Source of the DNA: an uncultured Hyphomicrobiales bacterium
Lineage (GTDB): Bacteria; Pseudomonadota; Alphaproteobacteria; Rhizobiales; Xanthobacteraceae
Direction of reading: 5' to 3'
NCBI GenBank assembly: GCA_964453555.1
Contig: CAYVPC010000001.1
Span: 2,340-66,339 of the forward strand
DNA: 64,000 nucleotides
Shown here piece after piece: positions 63,329-64,000 of this stretch (within the stretch, counting starts at the first letter, position 1; each line of letters opens with the position of its first letter). The position numbers and the translations under genes were made by a program. The notes under the pieces are model-generated. The model was not told where the DNA came from, did no database searches, and saw only the letters and a program-made list of their open reading frames with translations.

Positions 63329-64000
63329 GCGGCGGCATCCAGGCCTTGGCGCTCCCGCGGGATCGGCAAGGTGATGGTGAAGGCGGCCCCGCTGCGATCG
63401 GTGCGATTGGCTGCGACGATGGTGCCGTGCATGGCTTCGACGAAGCCCCGCGAGATCGCAAGCCCTAGGCCGGTGCCGGCGCGAACGTGATCGGATTTCT
63501 GCGCGCGGTAGAATTTATCAAAGATATGGTCGAGATCGCTGACCGGGATGCCGCCGCCTTCGTCGAGGACACGCAAGCAAACGGAATCGGCGTTACGCCA
63601 ACTCTGGACGCGGATCGTGGTGTCAGACGGCGCGTATTTCGCTGCGTTGTCGAGCAGATTGAAGAGGACCTGTTCAAACAGCACGGCGTCGAGTTCGAGC
63701 ATCGGCAGGTCCGGCGCCAATTCAAGCTCGATCTTGTGATGCGAAAGGATGCGGCTGGCGCGGCGCAACGTGCTGCCGACGATTTCGCCGACGTCGTGCA
63801 GTGCGACGTTCGGCGAGATGGCGCCGGATTCGAGCTTGGTCATGTCAAGCAGATTGGCGATGAACCGGTTGAGCCGCTCGGACTCGTCGATGATGGTAGC
63901 GAGCAGATCGGCCTTTTCGGCGTCGCCGAGCTTGCCGCCGATGTCCCGCAGAGTGCTGGCCGCGCCGAGAACCGCAGCCAGCGGCGTCTTCAGGTCGTGC
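63325..64000 (-). CDS. kdpD: Sensor histidine kinase KdpD, C-terminal part (N-terminus beyond the right edge)
   Basis: The minus-strand frame is open to the window edge. HisKA (…ERLNRFIANLLDMTKLESG…) and HATPase_c (LLDNAAKY..., GTGLGLAISRGF) blocks are present. Confidence 0.9.
   Translation of the reverse strand, partial: HDLKTPLAAVLGAASTLRDIGGKLGDAEKADLLATIIDESERLNRFIANLLDMTKLESGAISPNVALHDVGEIVGSTLRRASRILSHHKIELELAPDLPMLELDAVLFEQVLFNLLDNAAKYAPSDTTIRVQSWRNADSVCLRVLDEGGGIPVSDLDHIFDKFYRAQKSDHVRAGTGLGLAISRGFVEAMHGTIVAANRTDRSGAAFTITLPIPRERQGLDAAA

Noticed and set aside
1-64000. Search for CRISPR arrays, IS elements, integrases, prophage genes or toxin-antitoxin/defence modules
   Set aside because: I saw no regularly spaced direct repeats, no transposase/integrase/recombinase-like translations and no nuclease/ATPase defence signatures. 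The accessory character here comes from decay scars and short repeats, not from recognisable mobile elements.

Overview
High-GC chromosomal window that looks alphaproteobacterial. That guess is inference from the porin type, the KdpDE pair, a Pseudomonas-101-type formate dehydrogenase and short intergenic repeats typical of Hyphomicrobiales/Bradyrhizobiaceae. It holds about 60 genes. I recognised no rRNA, tRNA, CRISPR array, transposase or integrase. Layout: 1-5.8 kb has a partial PAS-GGDEF gene, a fatty-acid desaturase, small accessory genes and decayed repeat-rich intergenic DNA. 5.8-10.3 kb has livFGMH plus a binding protein. 10.3-19.9 kb has four aldehyde dehydrogenase paralogs, an AraC regulator and an NAD-dependent formate dehydrogenase. 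20.6-36.2 kb is a large sulfur-acquisition block: porin-ssuADCB, an Rrf2 regulator, cysH-cysD-cysN, then the encapsulin operon, cysE and a TauE/SafE exporter. 36.2-40.7 kb is a gene-decay zone (frameshifted FMN reductase, NTF2-like and SDR genes, a truncated AraC duplicate) next to an intact LysR gene. 40.7-43.9 kb has a STAS-like gene, a P450 and a beta-carbonic anhydrase. 43.9-51.6 kb is a ferrosome (fez)-like cluster. 51.7-55.5 kb has secreted proteins and TolC. 55.6-62 kb has membrane-lipid head-group genes. 62-64 kb has GST, kdpE and partial kdpD. Most long track ORFs lying antisense to these genes are GC-driven shadow ORFs. The two strongest findings both concern bacterial compartments. 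(1) At the exact centre of the window, a Family 2A encapsulin shell gene is translationally coupled to a cysteine desulfurase that carries a long disordered N-terminal domain. (2) The fez-like cluster is built around a P-type ATPase that lacks the CPx motif, together with small membrane proteins sharing an H-x3-G-R-[IV]-R motif, EcsC, DUF445, PPK2 and DUF5132/DUF2061 proteins. All calls come from reading the translations by eye; no database search was run.
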